The position numbers and the translations under genes are program-made. A DNA stretch of 64,000 nt from sequence record HM035025. One strand, written 5' to 3'. Of the stretch, positions 8,633-18,186 are shown one piece after another; the stretch's first letter is position 1; each line of letters starts with the position of its first letter. The notes beneath the pieces were generated by a model, which was given only the letters and a program-made list of their open reading frames with translations, had not been told where the DNA came from and made no database searches. Source of the DNA: Shigella phage Shfl2.

Positions 8633-10446
8633 TGGTGTTTAACCCTATGCATGATTTCTTTATTTTTGCCAAGATTAAATCCGCGCTCGTTCGGATTTCC
8701 CAAATAACCACATGTTCTTCTTATTGTGTTCATCTTTTTAGGATCAGTTTCTCCACAGATAGAACAAACAAATCCGTTTTCAGTAGGAGTCATTTCATGG
8801 GTACTTCCGCATGTAAAACACTTATCTACTGGCATATTAACACCAAAATAATCTAAATGCTGTGCAGCATAATCCCACACGGCCTCAAGACCTTTTAAGT
8901 TATTTTTCATATCAGGAAGTTCAACATAAGAAATGTGACCACCTGTCGCAATGAAATGATATGGCGCTTCACGAGAAATCTTTTCAAACGGAGTAATATT
9001 TTCTTCTACTGAAACGTGGAAACTGTTAGTGTACCAGCCTTTATCGGTAACATCTTTTACACTTCCATATTTTTCTGTATCAAGTTTACAGAAGCGGTAA
9101 CAAAGGTTTTCAGCAGGAGTCGAATATAAACTAAAAGCAAATCCGGTTCTTTCAGTCCACTGCTTAAGACGAGCATTCATTTTAGTTAAAATTTCTTGTC
9201 CAATATCACGACCGACAAGAATATTCAATTCGTGAATACCAATGTATCCCAAAGACACTGAACTTCTGCCGTTTTTAAATAACTCAATTATATCGTCATC
9301 AGGTTTAAGACGAACCCCGAATGCACCTTCTTGGTAAAGAATAGGAGCAACAGTCGCTTTAACTCCTTTTAAGGAACTAATTCTACACATCAATGCTTCA
9401 AAACATAAATCCATTCGCTCATTGAATAATTCAGTAAATTTCTGTTCATTGAACTGTGTTCCAATATAAGAATCTAACGCGATGCGAGGAAGATTCAGTG
9501 TTACAACACCAAGATTATTACGTCCATCAAGAATTTCATTACCAGTCGAATCTTTCCATACGCTCAAGAAACTACGGCAACCCATTGGAGAAACAGGAAC
9601 AGATGAACCAGTGATAGCTTTATTGTTCTTAGCCGAAATGATGTCAGGATACATTCTTTTGCTTGCGCATTCTAAAGCAAGCTGCTTAATATCATAGTTC
9701 GGATCGTCTTTATAAAGATTAACACCTTCTTCAACGAACATAACAAGTTTAGGGAAAATAGGAGTTATCCCGTCACGACCAAGACCTTTAATACGATTTT
9801 TCAGAATTGCTTTCTGAATCATTCGTTCAGTCCAGTCAGTTCCCGTACCAAATGTAATTGTTACAAAAGGCGTTTGCCCGTTTGAACTAAAAAGAGTATT
9901 TACTTCATATTCATAAGCTTGAAATGCATCGTATACGTCTTTTTCTGTTTTAGATTGAGCATAATTCAACGCATCAGCGATTTGCCATTTTTCTGCATCT
10001 TCAATATGTTTTGCATAGGTGCGTTTAACATAAGGAGAAAGTACTTTATCTACATTCGCAAAAGTCGTTCCGCCGTATTGATGGGAAGCAACCTGTGCAG
10101 TAATTTGTGCCATAATTGCAGTAGCAACACCGATTGATTTAGGAGTTTCAATCTGTGCATTACCGAGCTTAAATCCGTTCTCAAGCATTCCTTTTAAATC
10201 TACTAAACAGCAATTAGTAAATGGAAGAGCAGGGGAATAATCAATATCATGGAAATGGATAATTCCGCTTTCATGTGCTTTCATAATAAAAGACGGGACC
10301 ATATTTTTGGCAATGTGCTTAGACACAATACCAGCCATAAGGTCCCGTTGAGTTGGAAAAACACGAGAATCTTTATTAGCATTCTCGTTTAAAAGGTCTT
10401 TATTAGTTTTATGAATCAATCCTTCAATTTCTTTTTCAATTGTCAT
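8629..10446 (-). CDS. nrdD: Anaerobic ribonucleoside-triphosphate reductase (glycyl radical enzyme), uninterrupted
   Basis: 605 aa continuous ORF; C-terminal glycyl-radical motif RRTCGYLG and Zn-ribbon CFTCG...CSICG; no intron. Confidence 0.93.
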   Translation of the reverse strand: MTIEKEIEGLIHKTNKDLLNENANKDSRVFPTQRDLMAGIVSKHIAKNMVPSFIMKAHESGIIHFHDIDYSPALPFTNCCLVDLKGMLENGFKLGNAQIETPKSIGVATAIMAQITAQVASHQYGGTTFANVDKVLSPYVKRTYAKHIEDAEKWQIADALNYAQSKTEKDVYDAFQAYEYEVNTLFSSNGQTPFVTITFGTGTDWTERMIQKAILKNRIKGLGRDGITPIFPKLVMFVEEGVNLYKDDPNYDIKQLALECASKRMYPDIISAKNNKAITGSSVPVSPMGCRSFLSVWKDSTGNEILDGRNNLGVVTLNLPRIALDSYIGTQFNEQKFTELFNERMDLCFEALMCRISSLKGVKATVAPILYQEGAFGVRLKPDDDIIELFKNGRSSVSLGYIGIHELNILVGRDIGQEILTKMNARLKQWTERTGFAFSLYSTPAENLCYRFCKLDTEKYGSVKDVTDKGWYTNSFHVSVEENITPFEKISREAPYHFIATGGHISYVELPDMKNNLKGLEAVWDYAAQHLDYFGVNMPVDKCFTCGSTHEMTPTENGFVCSICGETDPKKMNTIRRTCGYLGNPNERGFNLGKNKEIMHRVKHQ

Positions 10447-10916
10447 TTTAAACTCTTTCTAAGCTGCTTCTTGAATGAAGCTATTAACTGTGTTTTTGTG
10501 TCAGATTCATTATATTCAAATCCTCTTTGAAGCATCTCGGCCATCATTTCCTCTTTTCCTAAACGAGAAAATTCCTTTGATTTATCTCCAACGAAGTTAG
10601 GGTGAATATTATTTTGGGTGTAATCGGATTTTAAATAAGTAAGTAAATTTTCTAACCATTCAAGATAATCAACACCTTGTCCCTTTAAGCCAGAACGATT
10701 AAATTTGTGCTTCATTTGACCTTCTGCGGCATTACAGAGATTACAAAGCAATCCACGTACCTTTCCTGCTTTTGGTCCATTTAATTCATGGTCATGGTCG
10801 AGGTGATTAGCTTGAACATCAGGATTTAGTTCTCGTTGGCAAATTAAGCATTTACCGTTTTGTGCATCATAAAATTTCTGTTTTTCTTCTTTATATAATT
10901 TGCCAGTCAATAACAT
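10443..10916 (-). CDS. 49: Endonuclease VII (Holliday junction resolvase)
   Basis: 157 aa; matches T4 gp49 sequence as recalled (CLICQ...HLDHDH, CNLCN zinc site). Confidence 0.9.
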   Translation of the reverse strand: MLLTGKLYKEEKQKFYDAQNGKCLICQRELNPDVQANHLDHDHELNGPKAGKVRGLLCNLCNAAEGQMKHKFNRSGLKGQGVDYLEWLENLLTYLKSDYTQNNIHPNFVGDKSKEFSRLGKEEMMAEMLQRGFEYNESDTKTQLIASFKKQLRKSLK

Positions 10917-10957
10917 AATAAACCCTTACCTTAAATAGATAAGGGTATTTATTATTT

Positions 10958-11443
10958 TCAAGTATTGTAAAACATTTGATTCAATCGCTTATATTGCCGA
11001 ATCTTTTGGTCAGAAAAAGAAATTTGGGTTTCAAGCCATTCAATATATTCTGCCGCAGCTTGCATCAAATTTCCTTCATAGCCATCGTTATTTTCTTGTG
11101 CAGCTAATTTAGCTAATGCGTATGGAATACGTTCACCTTGAAAATCGGCTTTAGGCTTCTGAACAACTTGATTAGTTCTCTCTACAACTTCTTCAATTTC
11201 ACCATTTTCTACTGATTCAGTATTCCACAAGCACCAATACGTAGTTGGCTTATCGTAGATGTTAATAATCTTTCCATCAGAAAGTTCAATTTCAATAATT
11301 CCAGTATCAGGTTCTATATCATCTTCACATTCTTTTGCAAGTTCACGAACTTTAAAGACAGTACCTGCACTAAGTTCCGGCCAGTAATTACATAGCTCTT
11401 TATCAGCACGATTAATTCTAAACCACTTATCTACTGTAATCAT
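10958..11443 (-). CDS. pin: Probable Pin protein (inhibitor of host Lon protease), 161 aa from the ATG
   Basis: ORF track starts at a TTG (11461); ATG six codons in has SD GGAG; 161 aa and position next to gene 49 fit T4 pin; identity by position and size only. Confidence 0.45.
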   Translation of the reverse strand: MITVDKWFRINRADKELCNYWPELSAGTVFKVRELAKECEDDIEPDTGIIEIELSDGKIINIYDKPTTYWCLWNTESVENGEIEEVVERTNQVVQKPKADFQGERIPYALAKLAAQENNDGYEGNLMQAAAEYIEWLETQISFSDQKIRQYKRLNQMFYNT

Positions 11444-11565
11444 GTCCCATCTCCATATCAATTAAGTCATTTATTGTAGGTTCATTATATACTGTTTCTT
11501 CATCAGTGTAAACCGGTTCTTCCGGCTCTGGCTCTACAGTTTCCCATCTAGCCGCCCACCAAGGT

Positions 11566-11775
11566 TTAACCCCGAAGCTTATTAAGTTCTTCATAATCAA
11601 TCCAGGATTCTAGTCCTGATGGCAAATCAGATTCAATTTCCCAAAGAAGTTCTTCAATTTTCTGAAGACGATCTAGTTCTTCGGCTGGAATAGTAACCAT
11701 TGACGGAGCTCGTGATACATTAATATCGTAAATCATATTTACCCCAGTTTGACCATGCAATCGCCGTATTTCCAC
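11566..11775 (-). CDS. Hypothetical protein (69 aa)
   Basis: ORF track. Confidence 0.45.
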   Translation of the reverse strand: MEIRRLHGQTGVNMIYDINVSRAPSMVTIPAEELDRLQKIEELLWEIESDLPSGLESWIDYEELNKLRG

Positions 11776-11954
11776 TTAGAAATAGACTTTTCACCGTTAG
11801 AATAATAAACTTCGAGTTTAGCACGATTATTTTTAATTTGAATAACCTTTGCTGTCATCAAAGTTCCATACCCATAGTAAACTGCAACTTCATCACCTAC
11901 ATATACCGCGCTTCCGCGGTAATCGTGAATATAGTCAGTTCCTTCGAGCATCAT
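11739..11954 (-). CDS. Hypothetical protein (71 aa)
   Basis: ORF track; start overlaps nrdC stop. Confidence 0.45.
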   Translation of the reverse strand: MMLEGTDYIHDYRGSAVYVGDEVAVYYGYGTLMTAKVIQIKNNRAKLEVYYSNGEKSISKWKYGDCMVKLG

Positions 11955-12214
11955 TTAAAATATTCTCGCAGTTGGTCAAATCCACCAATATGACTTCCAT
12001 CAGGAGCAAATACCTGAGGCATTGTCAAGCCGATTTGAGTATCACGACCTAGTTTCGTTAGAAGCTCAGCGATTTTCTCATCATCAAAAACACCTTTTTC
12101 CGGCATAATGTTGATAAATTCAAATGGCTGTTTCTTCACGGTCAAAAGACGTTTTGCATTATCGCAATACACACATTTGTGGATGTTGCTATCATAGCCA
12201 TATACTTTAAACAT
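11951..12214 (-). CDS. nrdC: Phage thioredoxin/glutaredoxin
   Basis: 87 aa; CVYC active site; matches T4 NrdC as recalled. Confidence 0.88.
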   Translation of the reverse strand: MFKVYGYDSNIHKCVYCDNAKRLLTVKKQPFEFINIMPEKGVFDDEKIAELLTKLGRDTQIGLTMPQVFAPDGSHIGGFDQLREYFK

Positions 12215-12215
12215 A

Positions 12216-12458
12216 TTATTCCTTAATTCCTAGTACTTGTTTAAAAGTCTCGTCGTAATCAAGACTTTGGCCCGTTTGTTCTTTATGTTTGTATATAATA
12301 TCACTTACTTCTGATAGCATATTTTTATATGAACGAGTTAAAGCAGATTTAAGCACGCTGTATCTATCAGGAAATTTACCATGTTCATTATAATAAGCTA
12401 TTGCTAATTCACGGACTGCCTTTTCAGCAGCCTCCATATATTCTTTACGCTTGGTCAT
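12216..12458 (-). CDS. Hypothetical protein (~80 aa from internal ATG; ORF track extends to 12617)
   Basis: ATG at 12458 overlaps the upstream stop (ATGACCAAGCGTAA); the longer version would overlap the upstream gene by 173 nt. Confidence 0.4.
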   Translation of the reverse strand: MTKRKEYMEAAEKAVRELAIAYYNEHGKFPDRYSVLKSALTRSYKNMLSEVSDIIYKHKEQTGQSLDYDETFKQVLGIKE

Positions 12459-12762
12459 TTTCTTCTCGGTCAAATCGGTGTTTACAATGGCGGCATTTAT
12501 AACGAAGATTACTAGTCTGCCAATGGACCAATTGCACCTGTTCAGTTCCACATTCAGGGCAATTAGGAACGTTTTTAGAAGCCCTTTCGCGACGTTTAAC
12601 CATAGCCATAATGGCATCCCATGCTGGAGGTTTAAAATCTAAATCGTCACAACCATGAATCTTTCCACGCATTTCCATATCATCTTCCTCACCAGCCATA
12701 ATAATTTTAATTAAACTGGAATTACTTGAAGCTGCAATGTCTTCTAATAGACGCTTTTTCAT
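12445..12762 (-). CDS. Zinc-ribbon protein (105 aa)
   Basis: CPECG ... CRHCKH paired CxxC motifs. Confidence 0.55.
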   Translation of the reverse strand: MKKRLLEDIAASSNSSLIKIIMAGEEDDMEMRGKIHGCDDLDFKPPAWDAIMAMVKRRERASKNVPNCPECGTEQVQLVHWQTSNLRYKCRHCKHRFDREENDQA

Positions 12763-13688
12763 TTCAATACCTCAATAGCATTACGTAAACCATTTGCTTT
12801 TGCATTAAGAGCTTTTAACAATTTGGTGTGTTCTGCAATTTGGGCTTCAACTTCAATCAAACGAGCATTGAGATATTCGCGTTCTTCACTCAGATTATCA
12901 ACCTTTTCTACTTTAGGCTCTTTTACAACTGTCTTATATGTATTAGGGTTCTTCAGTTTAATTAGAATGCGTGAACTGTATAACATTGAACCATTATCTT
13001 CGGTTTCGTCATACATTTCTACTACATCCATAATTTTTAACATCATGCGGAGTTTATAAGACAACGAACGAATAGTTTTGTTGTGCTTATTAATTTCTTT
13101 AGCTGTCATGGTGCCGAGATTACGTGAGTAATAATAAGGAACCTGGATATTAATTAATACTGATGAACCACCTGGCTTGTGTGTTACTTCATCAGCAATA
13201 ACCCAATCCTTAACATGAACTGTATTTGTACGGTCATCGCCCGCGGTAAATAGTTTGCGAGCATGCTTAAAAAGCATATTCACTTGGTCATTGAATTGAC
13301 AAGCAAATTTATCAGCAAATTTAGTTTCAGGAATGGTAGATAACCAATCAGCCAAATGGGTCTTTTTAACATCGTTAACAATAGTAAATTCAACCAAATC
13401 AGTTATAGATGTCTCAGATTTAATAAAGCTCGGCTTCATAAAGTTTTTAATGTTATCGCGAGCTACAGTAGAAGATAACATACGAGAACGTTTAAACCAT
13501 TGAAGCAAATTGCCCAACGAATGAGAATAAGCGTTTTGAGTATCTTTACAGATATGATTTTCCTGGCCAACATATTGAAGGAAATCACGAAGAATATTAT
13601 TGATTACTGCTCTGTGTCCGATCTGATAATTACGGTGTTTAGTAATAAGACTGTCAAAATAATCAATATAATGTTTACGAGTTTTCAT
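12759..13688 (-). CDS. Hypothetical protein, paralog family member A (309 aa) with C-terminal coiled coil
   Basis: ORF track; C-terminal heptad-like segment [42 protein letters not shown]. Confidence 0.6.
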   Translation of the reverse strand: MKTRKHYIDYFDSLITKHRNYQIGHRAVINNILRDFLQYVGQENHICKDTQNAYSHSLGNLLQWFKRSRMLSSTVARDNIKNFMKPSFIKSETSITDLVEFTIVNDVKKTHLADWLSTIPETKFADKFACQFNDQVNMLFKHARKLFTAGDDRTNTVHVKDWVIADEVTHKPGGSSVLINIQVPYYYSRNLGTMTAKEINKHNKTIRSLSYKLRMMLKIMDVVEMYDETEDNGSMLYSSRILIKLKNPNTYKTVVKEPKVEKVDNLSEEREYLNARLIEVEAQIAEHTKLLKALNAKANGLRNAIEVLK

Positions 13689-13740
13689 ATTCTTCTCACT
13701 TGGTTAATGATTTATACTCCGAGCCATCCCTGGCTTTAAA

Positions 13741-14742
13741 TTACTTAATTAACTGTAAAGCTTGTTCAAGACGATCAAGACGATTAACGGATTCTTCCCA
13801 AATCTTTTTAGCCTGCTCATATTCTTTCTGCGCTTTATTAGAAATTTCTAGAACTTCTTTATAAGCTTTTTCTAGTGCAATAACTTCTGGACGAATTTCT
13901 ACCGGTTCAGGAGAATCATCAAGATTATCCATTAGTTCCTCAAGGGTAGTTTCTTCTTTAGGAGTATTCACAATTTCATCACATTTTTGTTGGTAAATTT
14001 CTTTATCAGTCGGTGAGTACGCACACTTTACTTCACGAAGACTAACTACAATTTTATATCCTTCCCAACCGCATATATTCTTAAAAGGATATGTATGAAT
14101 ATTTTCTACTGTTTCCATACAAAGTAATGCAGTCTCTAACTGACGAGTTATAGTGCTAGCAATTGAGAAAAATTTATTAATATTCTTTTGGTTAGCGTTT
14201 GGTGTAAAAAATCCATAATTCACAAAAATAGCTACTTTATTTTCATCAAGCTCATATTCTTTTACGATAATCATATCAGAAGCCAAAGGATGAATTTGAC
14301 GATAATCACCATAACATAATTTAGAAGCTGATTTTAGAATTTGCTTCTTAAAAAGTCTGAAATTACTAATCCAACGACGAGTAAAAATATTCTCAGGGTC
14401 TTCTTTATTATTAAGATGATAAGAATTAACATCACCGAACCAATTATATCCTACTACATCTTTGGTTCGTTTAATTTCTTTCCCAAAATTACCAAGAATA
14501 TCCCGATTAACCAAATATGAAAGAAGACGAGACTCTTTAAAGGTTTTCTTGATAACATCTTTATCTACACGACTAGAAATTTTACGAATTTCATGAATAA
14601 ATTTAGTAGAAGAAACAATACTTGCATCAACACTATTGAGCCATTGATTGATAATAGAAAGAACGATATTTTGACCAAACATCGGTATAGCTTTATCATC
14701 AATAACGCTATTGAATGATTTGATATATTCGTTACGAGTCAT
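13741..14742 (-). CDS. Hypothetical protein, paralog family member B (~333 aa) with C-terminal coiled coil
   Basis: ORF track start (14772) lies at the promoter -10; ATG at 14742 has SD GAGGAG; internal block RRWISNFRLFKKQILKSASKL resembles member C. Confidence 0.6.
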   Translation of the reverse strand: MTRNEYIKSFNSVIDDKAIPMFGQNIVLSIINQWLNSVDASIVSSTKFIHEIRKISSRVDKDVIKKTFKESRLLSYLVNRDILGNFGKEIKRTKDVVGYNWFGDVNSYHLNNKEDPENIFTRRWISNFRLFKKQILKSASKLCYGDYRQIHPLASDMIIVKEYELDENKVAIFVNYGFFTPNANQKNINKFFSIASTITRQLETALLCMETVENIHTYPFKNICGWEGYKIVVSLREVKCAYSPTDKEIYQQKCDEIVNTPKEETTLEELMDNLDDSPEPVEIRPEVIALEKAYKEVLEISNKAQKEYEQAKKIWEESVNRLDRLEQALQLIK

Positions 14743-14770
14743 ATTAATCTCCTCATTAGAAAGTAAGAAC

Positions 14771-14800
14771 ATTATACCACATCCTTGTGGCGAAGTAAAC
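14771..14800 (-). promoter_or_regulatory. Sigma70-type early promoter (-35 GTTTAC, -10 TATAAT, adjacent CCACA..TGTGG hairpin)
   Basis: Plus-strand attatacca ... gtaaac between two paralog genes. Confidence 0.6.
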
Positions 14801-15825
14801 TAGTTTAGTGCATTTAGTGCATTGTTCAGTTTAGAACGTTGCTTTGTCAGATTTTGAACCCTTGACTGAGCTTGTTCTAACACCTTTTCAGCTTCTAGCA
14901 CTTCATTGGTCGCTTTAAAGAGTTCATCATCTACTGCCTTAAGAGACTTCTCAATCGCGTCAGCGTGCCATTTTTCTACAGGTTTAAGACTCGGATTTTC
15001 AACAGGAAGAAAATTCACTTTATTGAATTTCCATGCATCATTATTACCTGAACTATACATCCAAAATTTAGAATCGTTTGATGAGCAATTGGATAAATTT
15101 AAATTTAAGTTATCTTGCACTTCTTGCTTTTTCTCTTGCGGGACTTCGTCCTTTCTCAAAAAATCGTATTTAAATGAAACAATCATATCAAGTTCATATG
15201 TTGTCGTATCTAACTTAAATCGTTCAAAACGAGGTAAAATCTTAGATTGAACAGCAGCAACAACATCCATATACTTAAATGCTTCTGTCAACTGTGATTT
15301 AAGGCATTCACAAATTGAAAGAGAATTTTTTGTATTAGGTTTAAAGCTAATTCGTGCAGTTCTATTATTTTCTTTTAATGGTCTTACTTCCATCTGAAGA
15401 GTATAACCATCAAATTTCAGATTCTTTAAGTTAATATCAGAACCTTTTAATCGACTCGCAGTTGATAAAATTTGCTTTAATTGTCTACGGAACAGAGCAA
15501 TAAATCTCCATTCAATACGATAATGATTTGGATTGAAAAATCCAGATGATAAATCGACCTTACTTTGACCAACGCCTTGAACAAATAGAGGATTTTTATA
15601 ATCAATAGTTTTACAGAAATCGGTGAGCTGCTCACGAGCAGTCATTTGTGTAATATACCCCGCTTTACTAAAATGACGTAACCATTCACTGCTATTCATA
15701 TATTTAAAGTGAATATCACGATTAACTTTATCAGGGTCTAAATTATTTTGGCACAAAAATGTCATAACATCACGAGTATAGCTGGCATTACGAATCATAT
15801 CTTCAATTTGAGAACGAGTTTTCAT
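14800..15825 (-). CDS. Hypothetical protein, paralog family member C (341 aa) with C-terminal coiled coil
   Basis: ORF track; block WRFIALFRRQLKQILSTASRL shared with member B; C-terminal coiled coil. Confidence 0.6.
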   Translation of the reverse strand: MKTRSQIEDMIRNASYTRDVMTFLCQNNLDPDKVNRDIHFKYMNSSEWLRHFSKAGYITQMTAREQLTDFCKTIDYKNPLFVQGVGQSKVDLSSGFFNPNHYRIEWRFIALFRRQLKQILSTASRLKGSDINLKNLKFDGYTLQMEVRPLKENNRTARISFKPNTKNSLSICECLKSQLTEAFKYMDVVAAVQSKILPRFERFKLDTTTYELDMIVSFKYDFLRKDEVPQEKKQEVQDNLNLNLSNCSSNDSKFWMYSSGNNDAWKFNKVNFLPVENPSLKPVEKWHADAIEKSLKAVDDELFKATNEVLEAEKVLEQAQSRVQNLTKQRSKLNNALNALN

Positions 15826-15833
15826 GGTGTTCC

Positions 15834-16724
15834 TTAAGATTTAAGTAAATCAACAATTTTAATTAACTTTTCACGCTCAGATTTAGCTTTACTACTCAAT
15901 CCAGATAGTCTAAAAATTTCATCATCATATTGTTGAATAGAAATATTCAGCTCTTCAATCTGTTTATTAAAATAATCAATTTGTTCAGAATGTTTTTCGT
16001 TACTACGAACTGGTACAGGTTTTGTAGGCAATGTAGTTGAACTGGATTCATTCGGGCGATAAATTAAAATACAACTTGAACCAATAGGGCATTTTGCACC
16101 AGATGAATATTCTAATGTTCCAGCTTCTTTTAAAACTTCAAAAGCTAAACAGAGATGATGCCCCATATTAACATAATCTGTAGAGTGAGCTCTGATGTAA
16201 TAATCATCGCCACGAATACTAAATTTAAAGCATTTAAGGTCTTCTGTATTATTGGTCTTAAAAATCATTTGTTTATCTAGACCTTTAGCTAATCGAGCGC
16301 CTAATGCTAATAATCGGCGTTGATTTTCCCACAAATCCGCAATCATTTGATCGAATGATAATTTTGGCATCAGTCGACCATAAAGGTCATATCCTTTATT
16401 ATAATTACGAAGAATTTCACTCGCATTAATACGAGACAACGCTCCAATTTTATTAAGGGCTTTCATAATGCGATTAGATAAACTCATTCCAGACCCGTTT
16501 GTTCGCTGCAAATGTTTTTCTAATCCAAATCCAATATCAACTTTAAATTTATCTAAAATTTCGGCATGAACATCTCTGTCAATAACATTCAAATCCAAAG
16601 TTGAGTTAAATCTATGAAAAAATTTATCTGGCTCTGCACTGCGAAATACAGTCCATTCATTCATCATTTTTTTATTAACTAAAGATTTAATTACTGCATT
16701 GACATTATTAATTACTACTGACAT
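15834..16724 (-). CDS. Hypothetical protein, paralog family member D (~296 aa) with C-terminal coiled coil
   Basis: ATG at 16724 with SD GAGG (ORF track start 16760 overlaps upstream gene); C-terminal coiled coil. Confidence 0.55.
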   Translation of the reverse strand: MSVVINNVNAVIKSLVNKKMMNEWTVFRSAEPDKFFHRFNSTLDLNVIDRDVHAEILDKFKVDIGFGLEKHLQRTNGSGMSLSNRIMKALNKIGALSRINASEILRNYNKGYDLYGRLMPKLSFDQMIADLWENQRRLLALGARLAKGLDKQMIFKTNNTEDLKCFKFSIRGDDYYIRAHSTDYVNMGHHLCLAFEVLKEAGTLEYSSGAKCPIGSSCILIYRPNESSSTTLPTKPVPVRSNEKHSEQIDYFNKQIEELNISIQQYDDEIFRLSGLSSKAKSEREKLIKIVDLLKS

Positions 16725-16731
16725 ATTTTCC

Positions 16732-17139
16732 TCACTCAATTTCAATTTTACTAAATACACAGAATATGATTGAACAGACTACATAAGCACCACACACAGA
16801 TTGAACTAATACCATCCCAAAGAACCAAACAATATTATCAAACAGTGTCTGTTTTACGTCGAAAGGACGTAAACTTACAGTAATATTATCACCTTTTTCT
16901 ATTGAAGAATACATCTCTGGGGAAATATATTCACTAAATCTATAACCGTCTTTAAGTTCATATACGGCAATAAACGATAAACTAGACCCTTTTCCTTGTG
17001 TTCCTGTAATGGTATTAACTACAGTAACATCATAATCTTTATAATGCATATAATCATTAATTGCGTAATAACCGTATGCAACTACTACACATAAACAACA
17101 TATCAATAAATTCAATCTTTTAATTATCAACTGTTTCAT
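16732..17139 (-). CDS. Membrane protein (135 aa, TM helices at both ends)
   Basis: ORF track; hydrophobic N- and C-terminal segments. Confidence 0.5.
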   Translation of the reverse strand: MKQLIIKRLNLLICCLCVVVAYGYYAINDYMHYKDYDVTVVNTITGTQGKGSSLSFIAVYELKDGYRFSEYISPEMYSSIEKGDNITVSLRPFDVKQTLFDNIVWFFGMVLVQSVCGAYVVCSIIFCVFSKIEIE

Positions 17140-17194
17140 AATAATCTCAATTAAAAGGGCTTAGAACCATTATACCATCCTTGGTATAAAGCGG

Positions 17195-17722
17195 TTATGC
17201 GAGTACCGTCTTTAACCGTTCTTCAAACTTCCGAAGAGTATTTTGGCGTTCAGCTCTTTGCTTTTTGTAAGTTTCAATACGCTCTGAAATGAGAGTGTAT
17301 CGTTCATTTACTGATTCTTTCATAAAATCAGGAATTTCACGAGAAGCTTTAATCTCATCAAATTTATCAATAACAGCTTGCTCTTCAGCAATTAAGTTAT
17401 CATACATTAAAATATCTTTCTTGATGAACTCAATATCTTCTTGAGTTACACGAGATAATTTAGATGCTTTATCCTTTTTGTACTGTTCGTTAGTATCACG
17501 AGACCAGTGTAATGTACGATTTTTATTCGTATTTTTGTAAATTTCTACAATACCAATTTCATCAATAATAACGATCCAATTCCAACGGGATTTGTAAATT
17601 TGTCCTCCATCAACAGTGATTTCACCTCCGATTGAGATGTCATTAAAGAACTTACTCTGTGCTTCAGATTTAAATTTACCATCGTTGTAATTTACTAAGT
17701 TGAAAATATCTTTAGCGTTCAT
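17195..17722 (-). CDS. Hypothetical protein (~175 aa) with C-terminal coiled coil
   Basis: ORF track N-terminus (..CGTIQLSTTEEQK) is read-through of the promoter repeat; ATG at 17722 with SD GGAGGAA. Confidence 0.55.
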   Translation of the reverse strand: MNAKDIFNLVNYNDGKFKSEAQSKFFNDISIGGEITVDGGQIYKSRWNWIVIIDEIGIVEIYKNTNKNRTLHWSRDTNEQYKKDKASKLSRVTQEDIEFIKKDILMYDNLIAEEQAVIDKFDEIKASREIPDFMKESVNERYTLISERIETYKKQRAERQNTLRKFEERLKTVLA

Positions 17723-17747
17723 TTTCTGTTCCTCCGTAGTTGATAGT

Positions 17748-17777
17748 TGTATAGTACCACAGAGGAACAGTCTTGTA
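17748..17777 (-). promoter_or_regulatory. Early promoter cassette (-35 GTTTAC, -10 TACTAT, conserved TGGTACTATACAACTATCAAC initial region, flanking hairpin)
   Basis: Member of repeated promoter/stem-loop family. Confidence 0.55.
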
Positions 17778-17782
17778 AACAA

Positions 17783-18097
17783 CTAAAAGAAACTTCTTTC
17801 ACAATTTTTTCCACTGAACCAAGCACTTACCGCTTTCTTAGTCTCAGGAGCAGTGTTATCCATAAACCATTCAAAGGCAGCCTTTTTATGATTCTGGAGG
17901 GCTTCTCGGGCTTTAATCTGCTCACGGTCTATTAACACTAACATATGAGCCTTTCTTGTCACAATGGGCTTCTTATGATTTTTTGAATACTCCCAATCAT
18001 TTGTCCATCGCATTGTCGTTGCGAACTGAAATACTGCTTCTTTAATTTTAGTTTCGTAAATTTCACGAGCCTTTGAGTATAACATCACTACCTCCAT
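17783..18097 (-). CDS. Hypothetical protein (104 aa)
   Basis: ORF track. Confidence 0.5.
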   Translation of the reverse strand: MEVVMLYSKAREIYETKIKEAVFQFATTMRWTNDWEYSKNHKKPIVTRKAHMLVLIDREQIKAREALQNHKKAAFEWFMDNTAPETKKAVSAWFSGKNCERSFF

Positions 18098-18186
18098 TCA
18101 CCAGTTTAATTCTAGTCATCTTTTTGATGGCAGTCCATATAATCTATTTCTGAACTGCCTTTTTGTCATAGAAGTCCTCTTATGAA

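Noticed and set aside
7763-10137. Plus-strand ORFs antisense to nrdH, nrdG and nrdD (for example 7763-8059, 8632-8856, 9482-9697, 9919-10137)
   Set aside because: They are embedded in well-supported minus-strand genes and have no SD or promoter; typical antisense artefacts in AT-rich DNA.
17169-17215. Possible promoter with extended -10 TGGTATAATGG upstream of the 16732-17139 gene
   Set aside because: No GTTTAC/TTGACA -35 at proper spacing; might be a MotA-dependent middle promoter (partial CGCTTTA box) but I could not support it.
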